Assembly: GCA_018664045.1 (NCBI GenBank)
Contig: JABJPE010000084.1
Span: 551 to 64,550 of the forward strand
DNA from: Legionellales bacterium
GTDB lineage: Bacteria; Pseudomonadota; Gammaproteobacteria; Comchoanobacterales; Comchoanobacteraceae
Direction of reading: 5' to 3'
DNA length: 64,000 nt
Shown here: in pieces, positions 30,958 to 43,348 of the stretch
Layout: each line of letters begins with the position of its first letter
Numbering within the stretch: position 1 is the stretch's first letter
The notes under the pieces: generated by a model
Databases searched by the model: none
What the model was told of the DNA's origin: nothing
What the model saw: the letters and a program-made list of their open reading frames with translations, nothing else
Made by a program: the position numbers and the translations under genes

Positions 30958-30978
30958 ACACAAAAACAAGGAGCGAAA

Positions 30979-31437
30979 ATGTCTTTTTTAATAAAAAATA
31001 TAGGATGTACAAAAACTAAAAATGATAGGGTTTTTACTGCGGAAGAAATTGAAAACTTAATTCCAATGGTAGAAAGTTCATTTTATCGTTTATTACAGAT
31101 GAACGCACAAATTAATACGATTATAAATCAGCTAAAGTCACAAGATGTCATACTAAGCGACTCCATAACACTAAACAGCCTTAGCCACAGTGATGAAGAA
31201 TCAATAAACAACCTATCAAGCCTAAAGGTTTTATTAAGCGCGACACAAGATGAAATATCTTTTATTTCAAAAAGAGGCGGTACAATACCAAACATAGACG
31301 AGCCAATAGTTAATTGGAACGGAAAGATAGACGATAATGATATAGTTTTCACTTGGAAACTTGGTGACAAAAAGATAGAACAAAAGAAGTCATCAATAAC
31401 AGAACAAGATAAAGGTATTTATACGGAAGAAGCCTAG
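30979..31437 (+). CDS. hypothetical protein, DUF2203-like
   Basis: The N-terminal RVFTAEEIENLIPMV plus a coiled region, and the C-terminal IVFTWKLGDKKIE, resemble the DUF2203 pattern (FT.eEAn.lLP ... LCWk.GE). Recalled from memory, not searched. Confidence 0.45.
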   Translation: MSFLIKNIGCTKTKNDRVFTAEEIENLIPMVESSFYRLLQMNAQINTIINQLKSQDVILSDSITLNSLSHSDEESINNLSSLKVLLSATQDEISFISKRGGTIPNIDEPIVNWNGKIDDNDIVFTWKLGDKKIEQKKSSITEQDKGIYTEEA

Positions 31438-31452
31438 TATAGATTAGCTACC

Positions 31453-32772
31453 TTAGCCTTTTTTCATAACTTCAAAAAACTGTGCATTTGTTTTAGTGCT
31501 TTTCAATCTATCTATTAAAAACTCAACAGCAGCGTGATCTTCCATTGTTTGTAAATACTTTCTTAAAACCCAAATTCTCTTTAATTCTTCTTCTGAAATA
31601 ATAAGGTCTTCTCTTCTTGTTCCAGAACTTGCAATATCAACAGCAGGGAAAATTCTTTTTTGAGCTATACTTCTCTTAAGGTGTATTTCCATGTTTCCAG
31701 TACCCTTAAACTCTTCATATATAACGTCGTCCATTTTTGAACCAGTTTCAACCAAAGATGAAGCAATTATAGTAAGACTTCCGCCATTCTCTATATTTCT
31801 TGCTGCCCCAAAAAATCTCTTTGGTTTTTGCAGGGCATTTGCCTCAACACCACCAGTTAAAACCTTTCCTGACGTAGGAGTTTGTGTATTATATGCTCTA
31901 GCTAGCCTTGTTATGGAGTCTAATAAGATAACCACATCATCTCCATTTTCTACCATCCTCTTAGCTTTTGCTATAACCATCTCAGCAACCTGTACGTGTC
32001 TAGACGGAGATTCATCAAAAGTACTAGCTACCACCTCTCCTTTAACACCCCTTCTCATTTCAGTAACTTCTTCAGGGCGCTCATCTATAAGCAGCACAAT
32101 GAGTTTGCACTCAGGGTGGTTTGCAGCTACTGACGTTGCTATATTTTGCAACATCATGGTTTTACCTGCTTTTGGAGGTGAAACAATTAAAGCCCTCTGA
32201 CCTTTCCCTATCGGGGAAACTAAATCAATAATTCTATTAGTAATATCAGAACTACTTCCATTACCAATTTCCAGCTTTATTCTTTCGTCAGGGAAGGTAG
32301 GAATAAGGCCCTCTAAACCAACAACCCTAATAGCATCTTCAGGTTTTTTGTTATTAATTCTATGTACCTGAGACATTGCAAAGTATTTTTCGCTCTCTCT
32401 TGGAGGTCTAACTATACCAGATACCAAATCCCCTGTTTTTAATTTAAATTTTTTGATTTGGCTAATAGATACATAAACATCGTCAGGGCAAGCAAGGTAT
32501 GATCTTTCAGGAAAGCGAAGAAAACCATAGTTCTCCAACACCTCTAAAACACCTTCAACATTTATAACTCTGTTTTGCCTAGAGTATGCCAAAAGAATAG
32601 AAACAACCATGTTCCCCGGTTTAACAGCTCTAGCAAAAGACTTTACACCAAGGTTATCTGCAATTGCGCACAATTCAGATGGAGACTTTCTTTTTAAAGC
32701 ATTAATGCAAATATTTTCAGCAACAGTGTTGCTATCTGTATTAACAGATGCTTGGGTTTCTTTTTGTGTCAT
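31453..32772 (-). CDS. rho: transcription termination factor Rho
   Basis: [45 protein letters not shown] and SRLARAYN-like ITRLARAYN. Confidence 0.97.
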   Translation of the reverse strand: MTQKETQASVNTDSNTVAENICINALKRKSPSELCAIADNLGVKSFARAVKPGNMVVSILLAYSRQNRVINVEGVLEVLENYGFLRFPERSYLACPDDVYVSISQIKKFKLKTGDLVSGIVRPPRESEKYFAMSQVHRINNKKPEDAIRVVGLEGLIPTFPDERIKLEIGNGSSSDITNRIIDLVSPIGKGQRALIVSPPKAGKTMMLQNIATSVAANHPECKLIVLLIDERPEEVTEMRRGVKGEVVASTFDESPSRHVQVAEMVIAKAKRMVENGDDVVILLDSITRLARAYNTQTPTSGKVLTGGVEANALQKPKRFFGAARNIENGGSLTIIASSLVETGSKMDDVIYEEFKGTGNMEIHLKRSIAQKRIFPAVDIASSGTRREDLIISEEELKRIWVLRKYLQTMEDHAAVEFLIDRLKSTKTNAQFFEVMKKG

Positions 32773-32918
32773 TGACTTTACCTTGGGTTTAAAATAAAAA
32801 TATAGGAAATAGTAGAATAATATAGGGAAAAATAGAACTTCAGCTTCTTTTATAGTTTGATAGCTGATGTATATAAACAGGATGTTACTATGTAAATAAA
32901 ATTAAATCAACAAAAAAA

Positions 32919-33245
32919 TTAATCAACATGCGGCTTGATAAAGTCCTCTATCTTTTCTTTAGTTGCAGCCCCGACCATTGAGCTAGCAGCCTCACCACCG
33001 CTAAAAACAATCAAGGTAGGTATCCCTCTAACACCATACTCCGAAGCAATTGAACCATCATCGTCAACATTAACCTTAACCAACTTTAGTTTTCCTTTAT
33101 ACTCACTAGCTAACTCTTCTATAACTGGAGATATTGCCTTACAAGGACCACACCAAGGAGCCCAAAAGTCAACCATTACAGGTATATCAGACTCTAATAC
33201 TTCAGCTTTAAAGTTTTCACTATTTACATTAATCCCAACACTCAT
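32919..33245 (-). CDS. trxA: thioredoxin
   Basis: 108 aa with VDFWAPWCGPCK and GIPTLIVF. Confidence 0.95.
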   Translation of the reverse strand: MSVGINVNSENFKAEVLESDIPVMVDFWAPWCGPCKAISPVIEELASEYKGKLKLVKVNVDDDGSIASEYGVRGIPTLIVFSGGEAASSMVGAATKEKIEDFIKPHVD

Positions 33246-33277
33246 AATATCACCTCATTTTTTCAAATAATAATTAA

Positions 33278-34825
33278 CTATACACTGTCACCTGGACCAG
33301 CTGACTTTATTTTTTCTTGTGTAGAAAAACGCTTAAAATTATCTCTAAACATTTTAGCCAGAGCCGCAGCATCCCTATCAAAACTATCCTCGTCTCTACC
33401 AAGCCTTGGGTCCAAAACTTCTGGATTAATACCTGGAATAGATTCAGGAATATCAAAGTTGAAATATGGTGTAGACGATTTTTTAAAGCCAGAAATTCTA
33501 TTGGATAACACGGCATCGATAAGAGACCTTGTTGTTGTTAAGTCAAATCTAACACCACCCTTTCCATAAGCGCCTCCAGTCCAACCAGTGTTGATTAAAT
33601 AGACTTCAGCCCCTGTTTCTGCTATTTTATTCATAAACAAATCAGCATAAACAGATGCCTCTCTTGGGAAAAAAGGCTCTCCAAAACAAACACTAAAAGT
33701 TGGTGAAATAGAACTGGTTGAACCAACCTCAGTACTACCAACCTTTGCAGTGTAGCCACTCAAAAAATAATATGCGGCCTGCTCCGGGCTAAGCTTTGCT
33801 ACTGGGGGTAGAACACCATATAAATCACAACTTAAAAAGAAAACCTTACTAGGATTACCACCGCTATTAGCGTCTGATTTATTAGAAATATAAGCACGAG
33901 GGTAAGCTGCCCTAATATTTTCAGTTAAACTGTCATCTGTATAATCAGGCTCTCCATCGCTATTTAACACTACATTTTCTATGATAGATCCATAGCGAAT
34001 AGCATCCCAAATAACAGGCTCTTTATTTTTTGAAAGATTTATACATTTTGCATAGCAGCCACCTTCAAAATTGAAGATACCACTTGGACCCCACCCATGC
34101 TCATCATCACCAATTAAAGCTCTTTTAGGATCAGCAGAAAGAGTTGTTTTACCCGTTCCAGACAGGCCAAAAAATAAAGCTACATCTTTATCTTCACCAA
34201 TATTAGCAGAACAATGCATTGGCAAAACACCCATCTCAGGCAATAGGTAGTTTAATGCGGAAAACATTGATTTTTTCATTTCTCCCGCATATCTCATACC
34301 AGCTATAAGTATTTTTTTCTCTGAAAAATTCAAAATAACAGCTGCATCACTATTTACACCATCCTCTACAGGGTCTAACAATAACCCAGGAGCACTAATC
34401 AACTCCCAAGTTTTACTTTGTGGTATATTTTTTTTGTTATCTGATATAAATAAGTGTCTCAAAAAGATACTATGCCAGGCTTTTTCAGTCTTAATATTGA
34501 CGTTATACCCAAAATCAACACTAGCACCAACTTGAAGAGAAGATTCATAACTAACCCGATCATTTAGGTAACCATTAACCTTTCCCCATTGTGATTTAAA
34601 TTTTTCTGGGCAGAAAGGTTGATTAACTGAACCCCAAGCAACGCTAGAGCAGGTGGATTCATCCTTAACAATATAGCGATCTTTAGGAGATCTACCAGTT
34701 CTTTTGCCTGTTTTTACAACCAAAGCTCCATTATCACAAATAACAGCTCCCTCAGAACTTAAAGCCACTGCAATTAGCTCGGAAATAGACAAATTTACTT
34801 TTGAATTTATTGAACAAGTATCCAT
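33278..34825 (-). CDS. pckA: phosphoenolpyruvate carboxykinase (ATP)
   Basis: GRSPKDRYIV, kinase-1a loop FFGLSGTGKTTLS, IGDDEHGW and NTGWTGG. Confidence 0.95.
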   Translation of the reverse strand: MDTCSINSKVNLSISELIAVALSSEGAVICDNGALVVKTGKRTGRSPKDRYIVKDESTCSSVAWGSVNQPFCPEKFKSQWGKVNGYLNDRVSYESSLQVGASVDFGYNVNIKTEKAWHSIFLRHLFISDNKKNIPQSKTWELISAPGLLLDPVEDGVNSDAAVILNFSEKKILIAGMRYAGEMKKSMFSALNYLLPEMGVLPMHCSANIGEDKDVALFFGLSGTGKTTLSADPKRALIGDDEHGWGPSGIFNFEGGCYAKCINLSKNKEPVIWDAIRYGSIIENVVLNSDGEPDYTDDSLTENIRAAYPRAYISNKSDANSGGNPSKVFFLSCDLYGVLPPVAKLSPEQAAYYFLSGYTAKVGSTEVGSTSSISPTFSVCFGEPFFPREASVYADLFMNKIAETGAEVYLINTGWTGGAYGKGGVRFDLTTTRSLIDAVLSNRISGFKKSSTPYFNFDIPESIPGINPEVLDPRLGRDEDSFDRDAAALAKMFRDNFKRFSTQEKIKSAGPGDSV

Positions 34826-35035
34826 AAAAACCCTTATTAGTTAACACGGTTAAGGTATATTAACATAGAACATAAAATAATCTACAATTTATTTAAAAAT
34901 CAGTAATAATAATTAGTGATTACAAAATAATATGGCAATCATATTTATAATTACACACTGTGACTATTTAGAGCAAATACTACTACTGAAAACAGCATAA
35001 ATTAGAGTATATATAATAAATAAGGGGTTGTTTAT

Positions 35036-35917
35036 TTAGACAGGGATTAAACTGTTTAAAATTAAGCTATCAGGTCTTTCTTTCCATAAACCCAGAAGAA
35101 AACCCCCATCACCTGCTCCGGTAATTTTTACAGCTTCAGCGCCATGGCTGCGCATATGGTTTATTTTATTTTCAACCTCCTCTGGCACAAGACCCCAGCG
35201 CTCAAAACAAGACTGGGATAAAGATATAGACTCAGAAAGGTGCTTAAAGCCTAAGTTTTTATTCTCTTTTAAGCCACTCAAAGCAAGATCAATAGCCACA
35301 CACATATCTCTATCAACTTCTTTTGATAAGAGGGGATTATACGAGATCAACTCATTAACTTTTTTTACACAATCGGAAGTTCTGCTTATCCTACCAGAGC
35401 ACATTAAATAAAGGCGGGGCGACCAAGACTTATCAATGTTGGTATATTTATCCCTGCCTAAAACACATACGCCTATATTAGATATGGCCCCGAGCACATC
35501 CACACCACTACTTGAGCCATGAAAATAATCTTCAAGCCTTGTAGCGAAAACAACAATATCGGGCTCTGAAATAACACCCAAAAACACAAATAACCTAGCA
35601 ACTGCGACACACAAGGCAGCAGAAAACCCAAGCCCTCGGCCTAAAGGAATATTGTTTTCAATGGTTATTTTGCCTTTAAGGCCATGATTCTTAATGCCTA
35701 GCAAGCGCATAGATTGCTCTATAACCCCACAAAAAACCAGAACCAAAGAATCTTTATCACTACCATTAACACTTACATCAAGACCGCCACTTCCTGGCTC
35801 ATATTTAATCTTTAACTCCATTGATGGAATAGGGAATACAACAGCCCTACCCTCGCGTAAAACAGAATGCTCACCCGATAAAATATACTTTGCGTGAGCA
35901 GAAGCAGTAAAAGCCAT
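35036..35917 (-). CDS. mvk: mevalonate kinase (GHMP kinase)
   Basis: N-terminal AHAKYILSGEHSVLREGRAV (GEH motif typical of MVK). GHMP ATP loop PLGRGLGFSAA. Confidence 0.75.
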   Translation of the reverse strand: MAFTASAHAKYILSGEHSVLREGRAVVFPIPSMELKIKYEPGSGGLDVSVNGSDKDSLVLVFCGVIEQSMRLLGIKNHGLKGKITIENNIPLGRGLGFSAALCVAVARLFVFLGVISEPDIVVFATRLEDYFHGSSSGVDVLGAISNIGVCVLGRDKYTNIDKSWSPRLYLMCSGRISRTSDCVKKVNELISYNPLLSKEVDRDMCVAIDLALSGLKENKNLGFKHLSESISLSQSCFERWGLVPEEVENKINHMRSHGAEAVKITGAGDGGFLLGLWKERPDSLILNSLIPV

Positions 35918-35981
35918 AAAGACAAAACTCCAAATTTAGTATAAAAGAAAACAATATCATCTTTAAATAATTAAAAACACC

Positions 35982-36923
35982 CTAACCTAATACTAAGTAC
36001 TTTTCTCGAAAAAAATTAAGAAGCTCATTTTGGTGTAGAGTTTGATCTCGACGAAATAATAAATGAACGTTAGGGCCGGCATCCATTGTAACCAACGGGC
36101 CGTCGTTATGTTTTTCCCAATAACTCCTAACCACCCTTAAAACAAACATACTATCATCAGAAATATAGCCAAAACTTGGATTAGAAGTTTCAAATAAAGC
36201 ATGCATATCCCAAAAGTCAGCCCAAACCAGGTTATAACAAAGCCTCCAGTCACCAGTAGACATGGATGACATCAGCTCTTTAAGCCTTTTCTCAGCACGC
36301 CTTTCTCTACCAACAAATAAATCGCTAGTTCGAACTGTTTTATGTGCTTCTGTCGACGAAATATCTTTTTTAGATGAAGAAACGGTAACAACGAAGTGAT
36401 TTATTTCTATACCTGGGAAACTAATAGGCCCAGAATCCACCCCGTCCCAAAAACCCCACGGCATAAAAAAAGACCGGCACGAGGAACCAGAACCATGCCG
36501 GCTTAAAGATGCAAGCTCTTTAACCGGGGGGGGTGGGGTTTGTTTTAATGATGATATAGCCTGGGCTGCAGCCATAGTAAGGGCAGCAAAACTAGAAGCA
36601 GAGCTTGCAAGACCACAACCAGAAGGGAAGTTGTTTCTAGATCTAACTATAAAAAAACCATTAAACTTATAATGATTTTTAATAAAGCCAAGATGCTGCA
36701 AAAATCTATCAGACTCTTTTTCAGAAAGAAGGTCTCCGCTGTCTTCCCAAGGCATCCAGATATCTTTTTTATCTTCACAACGGAGCTCAAGCTTAACCTC
36801 AGTTTTAAAGTTTATATTAGAAAAAGACAAAGAAGGGTTGGTAGCTATATTTCCTGGAAGCTTCCCCATATATTTTATCAATGCAATATTAGCTGGTGCC
36901 TCAGCTTGCCATAAATTATTCAA
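35982..36923 (-). CDS. mvaD: diphosphomevalonate decarboxylase
   Basis: APANIALIKYMGK, PSGCGLASSASSFAAL, SGSSCRSF and TMDAGPNVHLL. Confidence 0.9.
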   Translation of the reverse strand: MNNLWQAEAPANIALIKYMGKLPGNIATNPSLSFSNINFKTEVKLELRCEDKKDIWMPWEDSGDLLSEKESDRFLQHLGFIKNHYKFNGFFIVRSRNNFPSGCGLASSASSFAALTMAAAQAISSLKQTPPPPVKELASLSRHGSGSSCRSFFMPWGFWDGVDSGPISFPGIEINHFVVTVSSSKKDISSTEAHKTVRTSDLFVGRERRAEKRLKELMSSMSTGDWRLCYNLVWADFWDMHALFETSNPSFGYISDDSMFVLRVVRSYWEKHNDGPLVTMDAGPNVHLLFRRDQTLHQNELLNFFREKYLVLG

Positions 36924-36929
36924 TATAAA

Positions 36930-37811
36930 CTACCTCATGTTTTTTTCTGTGGCTAATATATCAAGGCCTAATTGCTGTATAAAGTTAACAGCCTCTATAT
37001 TTTGTTTTGCCTCATAAAGAAACATTACCACATCAGACCCCATTGCGCCACAACCCTTAGCAGCAAGAAATATACCGGACTCCATGGCGCCATCAACAAT
37101 ATCAGCAGTATGACCGGCGACCAAACCCAAATCCTTCTGAGAATTAAAAAAACCATTTATCGCCATCGCTAATCTCGACAGGTCTTTTTGCAAAAGAGAT
37201 CCCCAAGCAGAATCAACATAATTTGCAAGAAAAGCCATGTTTTCGGGTTTTCTTATGCCCTCAAGATGGCTGTGTGTTGCTAATTTTTTATTGGTATGTG
37301 CCAAACAAAAACCAGCAGTTTTAAAGGGCCAACGCATAGTCTCTACCTTAGATGAGTGTAAATCTAAATATACAATCCCAGAATAATTTTGAGAGACCAA
37401 ATCTAAGCCGCTTGGAGGTGATCCTACACCTGACCATGAGTTTTTCTCATAAACATTAAGCATAATATCTATTTCATCTTTTTTCTTAAAGTCATAAGGG
37501 GTGCCAGAGAAAAAAGATGCAGCACGCAGCCAAAACAAAAACTCAGCACTTGAAGCCCCCAAACCCCCTCTTCCATTATAAGGGTCTATAAATTTATAAC
37601 TAAGGTTCTGGAGACATAAATTAGAATCTATTAGTTTTTCACATGGAGGAGATGTTTTTATATCCTCACGAAGTCCACCCAATGAAAAAACAGCATGGAA
37701 ACTTGGCTCAGTAAGAATTAGAATAGCCTTTTTAGTGGATAGCGCGCTATACTCACCTAGGAAAAATGTTTTAGCACAACATGATGTGGAAAACTCAAAT
37801 ACGCTAGACAT
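36930..37811 (-). CDS. mvaK2: phosphomevalonate kinase (GHMP kinase)
   Basis: N-terminal CAKTFFLGEYSAL (GEY motif typical of PMK). GHMP loop GRGGLGASSAE. Lies between HMGR and mvaD. Confidence 0.7.
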   Translation of the reverse strand: MSSVFEFSTSCCAKTFFLGEYSALSTKKAILILTEPSFHAVFSLGGLREDIKTSPPCEKLIDSNLCLQNLSYKFIDPYNGRGGLGASSAEFLFWLRAASFFSGTPYDFKKKDEIDIMLNVYEKNSWSGVGSPPSGLDLVSQNYSGIVYLDLHSSKVETMRWPFKTAGFCLAHTNKKLATHSHLEGIRKPENMAFLANYVDSAWGSLLQKDLSRLAMAINGFFNSQKDLGLVAGHTADIVDGAMESGIFLAAKGCGAMGSDVVMFLYEAKQNIEAVNFIQQLGLDILATEKNMR

Positions 37812-39111
37812 TTACAATCGGATGTTTTAAGCGGACGTGCTGCAGAAGCTCTACAACATCGGTCATTGTCACCTTTCCTAGCAAGCAAAGACGCTCTTCA
37901 AGCATTGCTCTTAAAGGGGCGAACTCACATTTATTTGCTCTAGACTCGGCCATCAAGTTATCTATATGAAGTCGCATGTGTCCAGCAACAATGCCATCGC
38001 CAACAAGCGCCCTTAAGGCAGCAAAGTTTTGCAGCAACCCTACTGCTGCAAAAACAGCAGCCAATTCTTTTGATGAGTTAGCCCCTATTATTTTTTTACA
38101 AACACCAACAACTTCTTGATTAGTTGCCCCACCCACAAAAGCAACAGGTATTGGCCCCTCAAAATAACCTATCAAGTCCCCAGCCACATACTCCCAACGA
38201 GTTAAAGGGGCGTATTGACCAGATGCGGCTGCATATCCATGCAAGCTTGCTTCTATTGCACGCCAATCATTTCCTGTTGCGACAGCCACAGCATCAACGC
38301 CGTTTAAAACCCCTTTATTGTGGGTGACCGCTCTATAAGGGTCTGAAGCGGCTATAGACCCGGCCTCAACAATATCTTTTGCAAAAACAGGGTCTGCATT
38401 GGGAATAATAATAGTTGCTTTTGTTATCTGACAATCAGACAAGTTGGATACTATGGCCAGCTTGCCATAAACACCAATGGAATCAAATATACTACCCTTT
38501 AAAGCCTCTGCAATTTGACAAACCAAGTTTGCACCCATAGCATCACAAGGGTCGAACACTATATCAACTGCTAAGGCATTAGATCCGCCTTCTATTTCAA
38601 AGTCTCTTGTCTTTATGCTAAGTATCCCTCCGCCACGCCTAACCATGCTTGGGGCCACTTTTGAATTTAATTTGGAAATCAGTATTCTTTCATCTTGCTT
38701 TACATGATCGCGAACCTTCTGTAGCTCTAAAGGGTTTGTAAAAAATAGTTGGCCCCTAACGCCCCAGCCTTCTTGATGAGTTTTTATCTCGCCACCAACT
38801 TCAGAAAGCCACTTTCCAGCACTGCTTATAGCGGCAATTATGGAGGTCTCTTCAACAGCCATCGGCACAAGGCGTGAAACTCCATCAATTATACAGTTTG
38901 TGGCTAAACCAAGAGGCAGAGGAAGACACCCAATTGTGTTTTCAATTAAATTATCAGCTTGATCTAAAATATTAGAAGAAGAAGACCCTTGTAACACAGA
39001 TAAGTCGTTCCTGTTTATAAAACCATGTGACAGCAGGCACTCCAGCCTCTCAGACCGGCTCAACTTGAAAAAACCCTTGAATTTTTTAAAAAAATCTTTG
39101 TTTGTGGACAT
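37804..39111 (-). CDS. mvaA: hydroxymethylglutaryl-CoA reductase, class II (degradative/bacterial type)
   Basis: ENTIGCLPLPLGLATN, MAVEETSIIAA, DAMGANLV and GIVAGHMRLH. The start is set at MSTNKD (GAGG 5 nt upstream) rather than the ORF-track start at 39177. Confidence 0.9.
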   Translation of the reverse strand: MSTNKDFFKKFKGFFKLSRSERLECLLSHGFINRNDLSVLQGSSSSNILDQADNLIENTIGCLPLPLGLATNCIIDGVSRLVPMAVEETSIIAAISSAGKWLSEVGGEIKTHQEGWGVRGQLFFTNPLELQKVRDHVKQDERILISKLNSKVAPSMVRRGGGILSIKTRDFEIEGGSNALAVDIVFDPCDAMGANLVCQIAEALKGSIFDSIGVYGKLAIVSNLSDCQITKATIIIPNADPVFAKDIVEAGSIAASDPYRAVTHNKGVLNGVDAVAVATGNDWRAIEASLHGYAAASGQYAPLTRWEYVAGDLIGYFEGPIPVAFVGGATNQEVVGVCKKIIGANSSKELAAVFAAVGLLQNFAALRALVGDGIVAGHMRLHIDNLMAESRANKCEFAPLRAMLEERLCLLGKVTMTDVVELLQHVRLKHPIVNV

Positions 39112-39205
39112 AAAAACCTCAGCACCAACAATTAAAACATTGTTTTTGTGGATTCTTAAAACAAAACAATATAGCATTTAAGAACCCAACTGCTAAATAT
39201 ATCAA

Positions 39206-42239
<3,034 letters not shown>

Positions 42240-42282
42240 TTAGCGACAATAATACACTAATAAAAAAATCTTTTCAAACGCA

Positions 42283-42291
42283 TGTGGATAA
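42283..42291. promoter_or_regulatory. DnaA box, perfect (TGTGGATAA = complement of TTATCCACA)
   Basis: Exact 9-mer read directly in the sequence. Confidence 0.7.
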
Positions 42292-42329
42292 CTTTGTTGA
42301 TAACAATTAGCTAAACTTGTGTTTGTTTT

Positions 42330-42338
42330 TGTGAATAA
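42330..42338. promoter_or_regulatory. DnaA box (TGTGAATAA = complement of TTATTCACA, fits TTATNCACA)
   Basis: 9-mer read directly; same orientation as the first box, 47 bp away. Confidence 0.6.
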
Positions 42339-42566
42339 GTGATCTTTCTTGCCCAGATGTAACTATATCCCAAAACTAAAGGCAAAACACCAACAGGTTA
42401 CCAACAACGTTAAAGAACCATAGGTCCTTGTTTTAAAATGAAACTTGGAAAGTTATAAACAAAAAGGGCCCCCTTATATAACAATAAATAAATTCTTTCT
42501 AATAAATAATTATACTATTATGATATAGTTTAAAATTAGTTCTTCATAAAGTGGATATCTTTGATA

Positions 42567-42595
42567 TTGACAAGGGGTTAATATTATAATACTAT
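42567..42595 (+). promoter_or_regulatory. candidate sigma70 promoter for rpmH-rnpA-yidD-yidC operon
   Basis: TTGACA (42567..42572), a 17-bp spacer, then TACTAT (42590..42595), about 48 bp upstream of the rpmH ATG. Confidence 0.45.
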
Positions 42596-42642
42596 GTGTG
42601 GCTAAGTTTAGATTTATTTTTTAATATAGAAGAGCGAGTAAA

Positions 42643-42777
42643 ATGAAAAGAACTTTTCAGCCAAGTAACATAAAACGAAAAAGAAAGCACGGCTTCCGCA
42701 AAAGAATGTCAACTAAAGGTGGACGTTTAGTGTTGAAGAGAAGAAGACAGAAAGGTCGCGCCAAGCTATCTGCATAA
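42643..42777 (+). CDS. rpmH: 50S ribosomal protein L34 (not in ORF track, 44 aa)
   Basis: Manual translation gives [51 protein letters not shown] upstream. The TAATG junction overlaps the rnpA start. Confidence 0.95.
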   Translation: MKRTFQPSNIKRKRKHGFRKRMSTKGGRLVLKRRRQKGRAKLSA

Positions 42778-43130
42778 TGAGTGGCGTCCTCGCAAGAGAA
42801 ACCAGAATAAGGTCAAAAGAAGAGTTTAGCCTTGTTTTTTCATCTGGTCGTCGCTATAAGGCGGCACACACCATATTTATATATAAAGCGAACAACTTGA
42901 ACTGTAGTCGTCTTGGGGTTGTTGTTTCTAAAAAGTGCTTTAAAAATGCTGTAGCAAGAAATTATGTGAAGAGGTTGCATAAAGAATCATTTAGAGCTAT
43001 AGAACTAAGTGGGAATTATGACATTGTAGCTGTATCAAAGAGGAGCGTATCCAACTTAGCACAGGAAGAATTGTATGAAAACACTAAAAAACAGTGGAAT
43101 ACTTTCGTAAAATGCTTGTCAAGCTTATAA
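42777..43130 (+). CDS. rnpA: ribonuclease P protein component
   Basis: 117-aa basic protein immediately after rpmH. VVSKKCFKNAVARNYVKRLHKE resembles the RNR motif region. Confidence 0.9.
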   Translation: MSGVLARETRIRSKEEFSLVFSSGRRYKAAHTIFIYKANNLNCSRLGVVVSKKCFKNAVARNYVKRLHKESFRAIELSGNYDIVAVSKRSVSNLAQEELYENTKKQWNTFVKCLSSL

Positions 43131-43348
43131 CAATACTGGTACGATTTTACCAGCGAAAGATTAGTTGTGGACGGCCACCATGCTGTAGATTTTTTCCATC
43201 ATGCTCTGAATATGCAATTGAAGCGCTAAGTGAAAGAGGTTTTTTTGTGGGATTAGCACTGATTATTTGGCGACTAGCCCGTTGTAACCCCTTATGTAAA
43301 GGGGGGGTAGATTTAATTCCAGTTATTAAAAAAGGAAAGAAAAAATGA
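43112..43348 (+). CDS. yidD: membrane protein insertion efficiency factor YidD
   Basis: LVRFYQRKISCGRPPCCRFFPSCSEYAIEAL...RCNPLCKGGVDLIP is the canonical YidD pattern. The ATG at 43112 is preferred over the GTG at 43094. Confidence 0.92.
   Translation: MLVKLITILVRFYQRKISCGRPPCCRFFPSCSEYAIEALSERGFFVGLALIIWRLARCNPLCKGGVDLIPVIKKGKKK

Noticed and set aside
34850-34863. TTAA-N6-TTAA (PmrA-box-like) upstream of pckA, and TTAA-N5-TTAA upstream of the HEPN gene (about 50715..50735)
   Set aside because: TTAA pairs are expected by chance in spacers that are more than 75% A/T. Spacing or position relative to a -10 element does not fit the published PmrA arrangement, and pckA is not an expected PmrA target.
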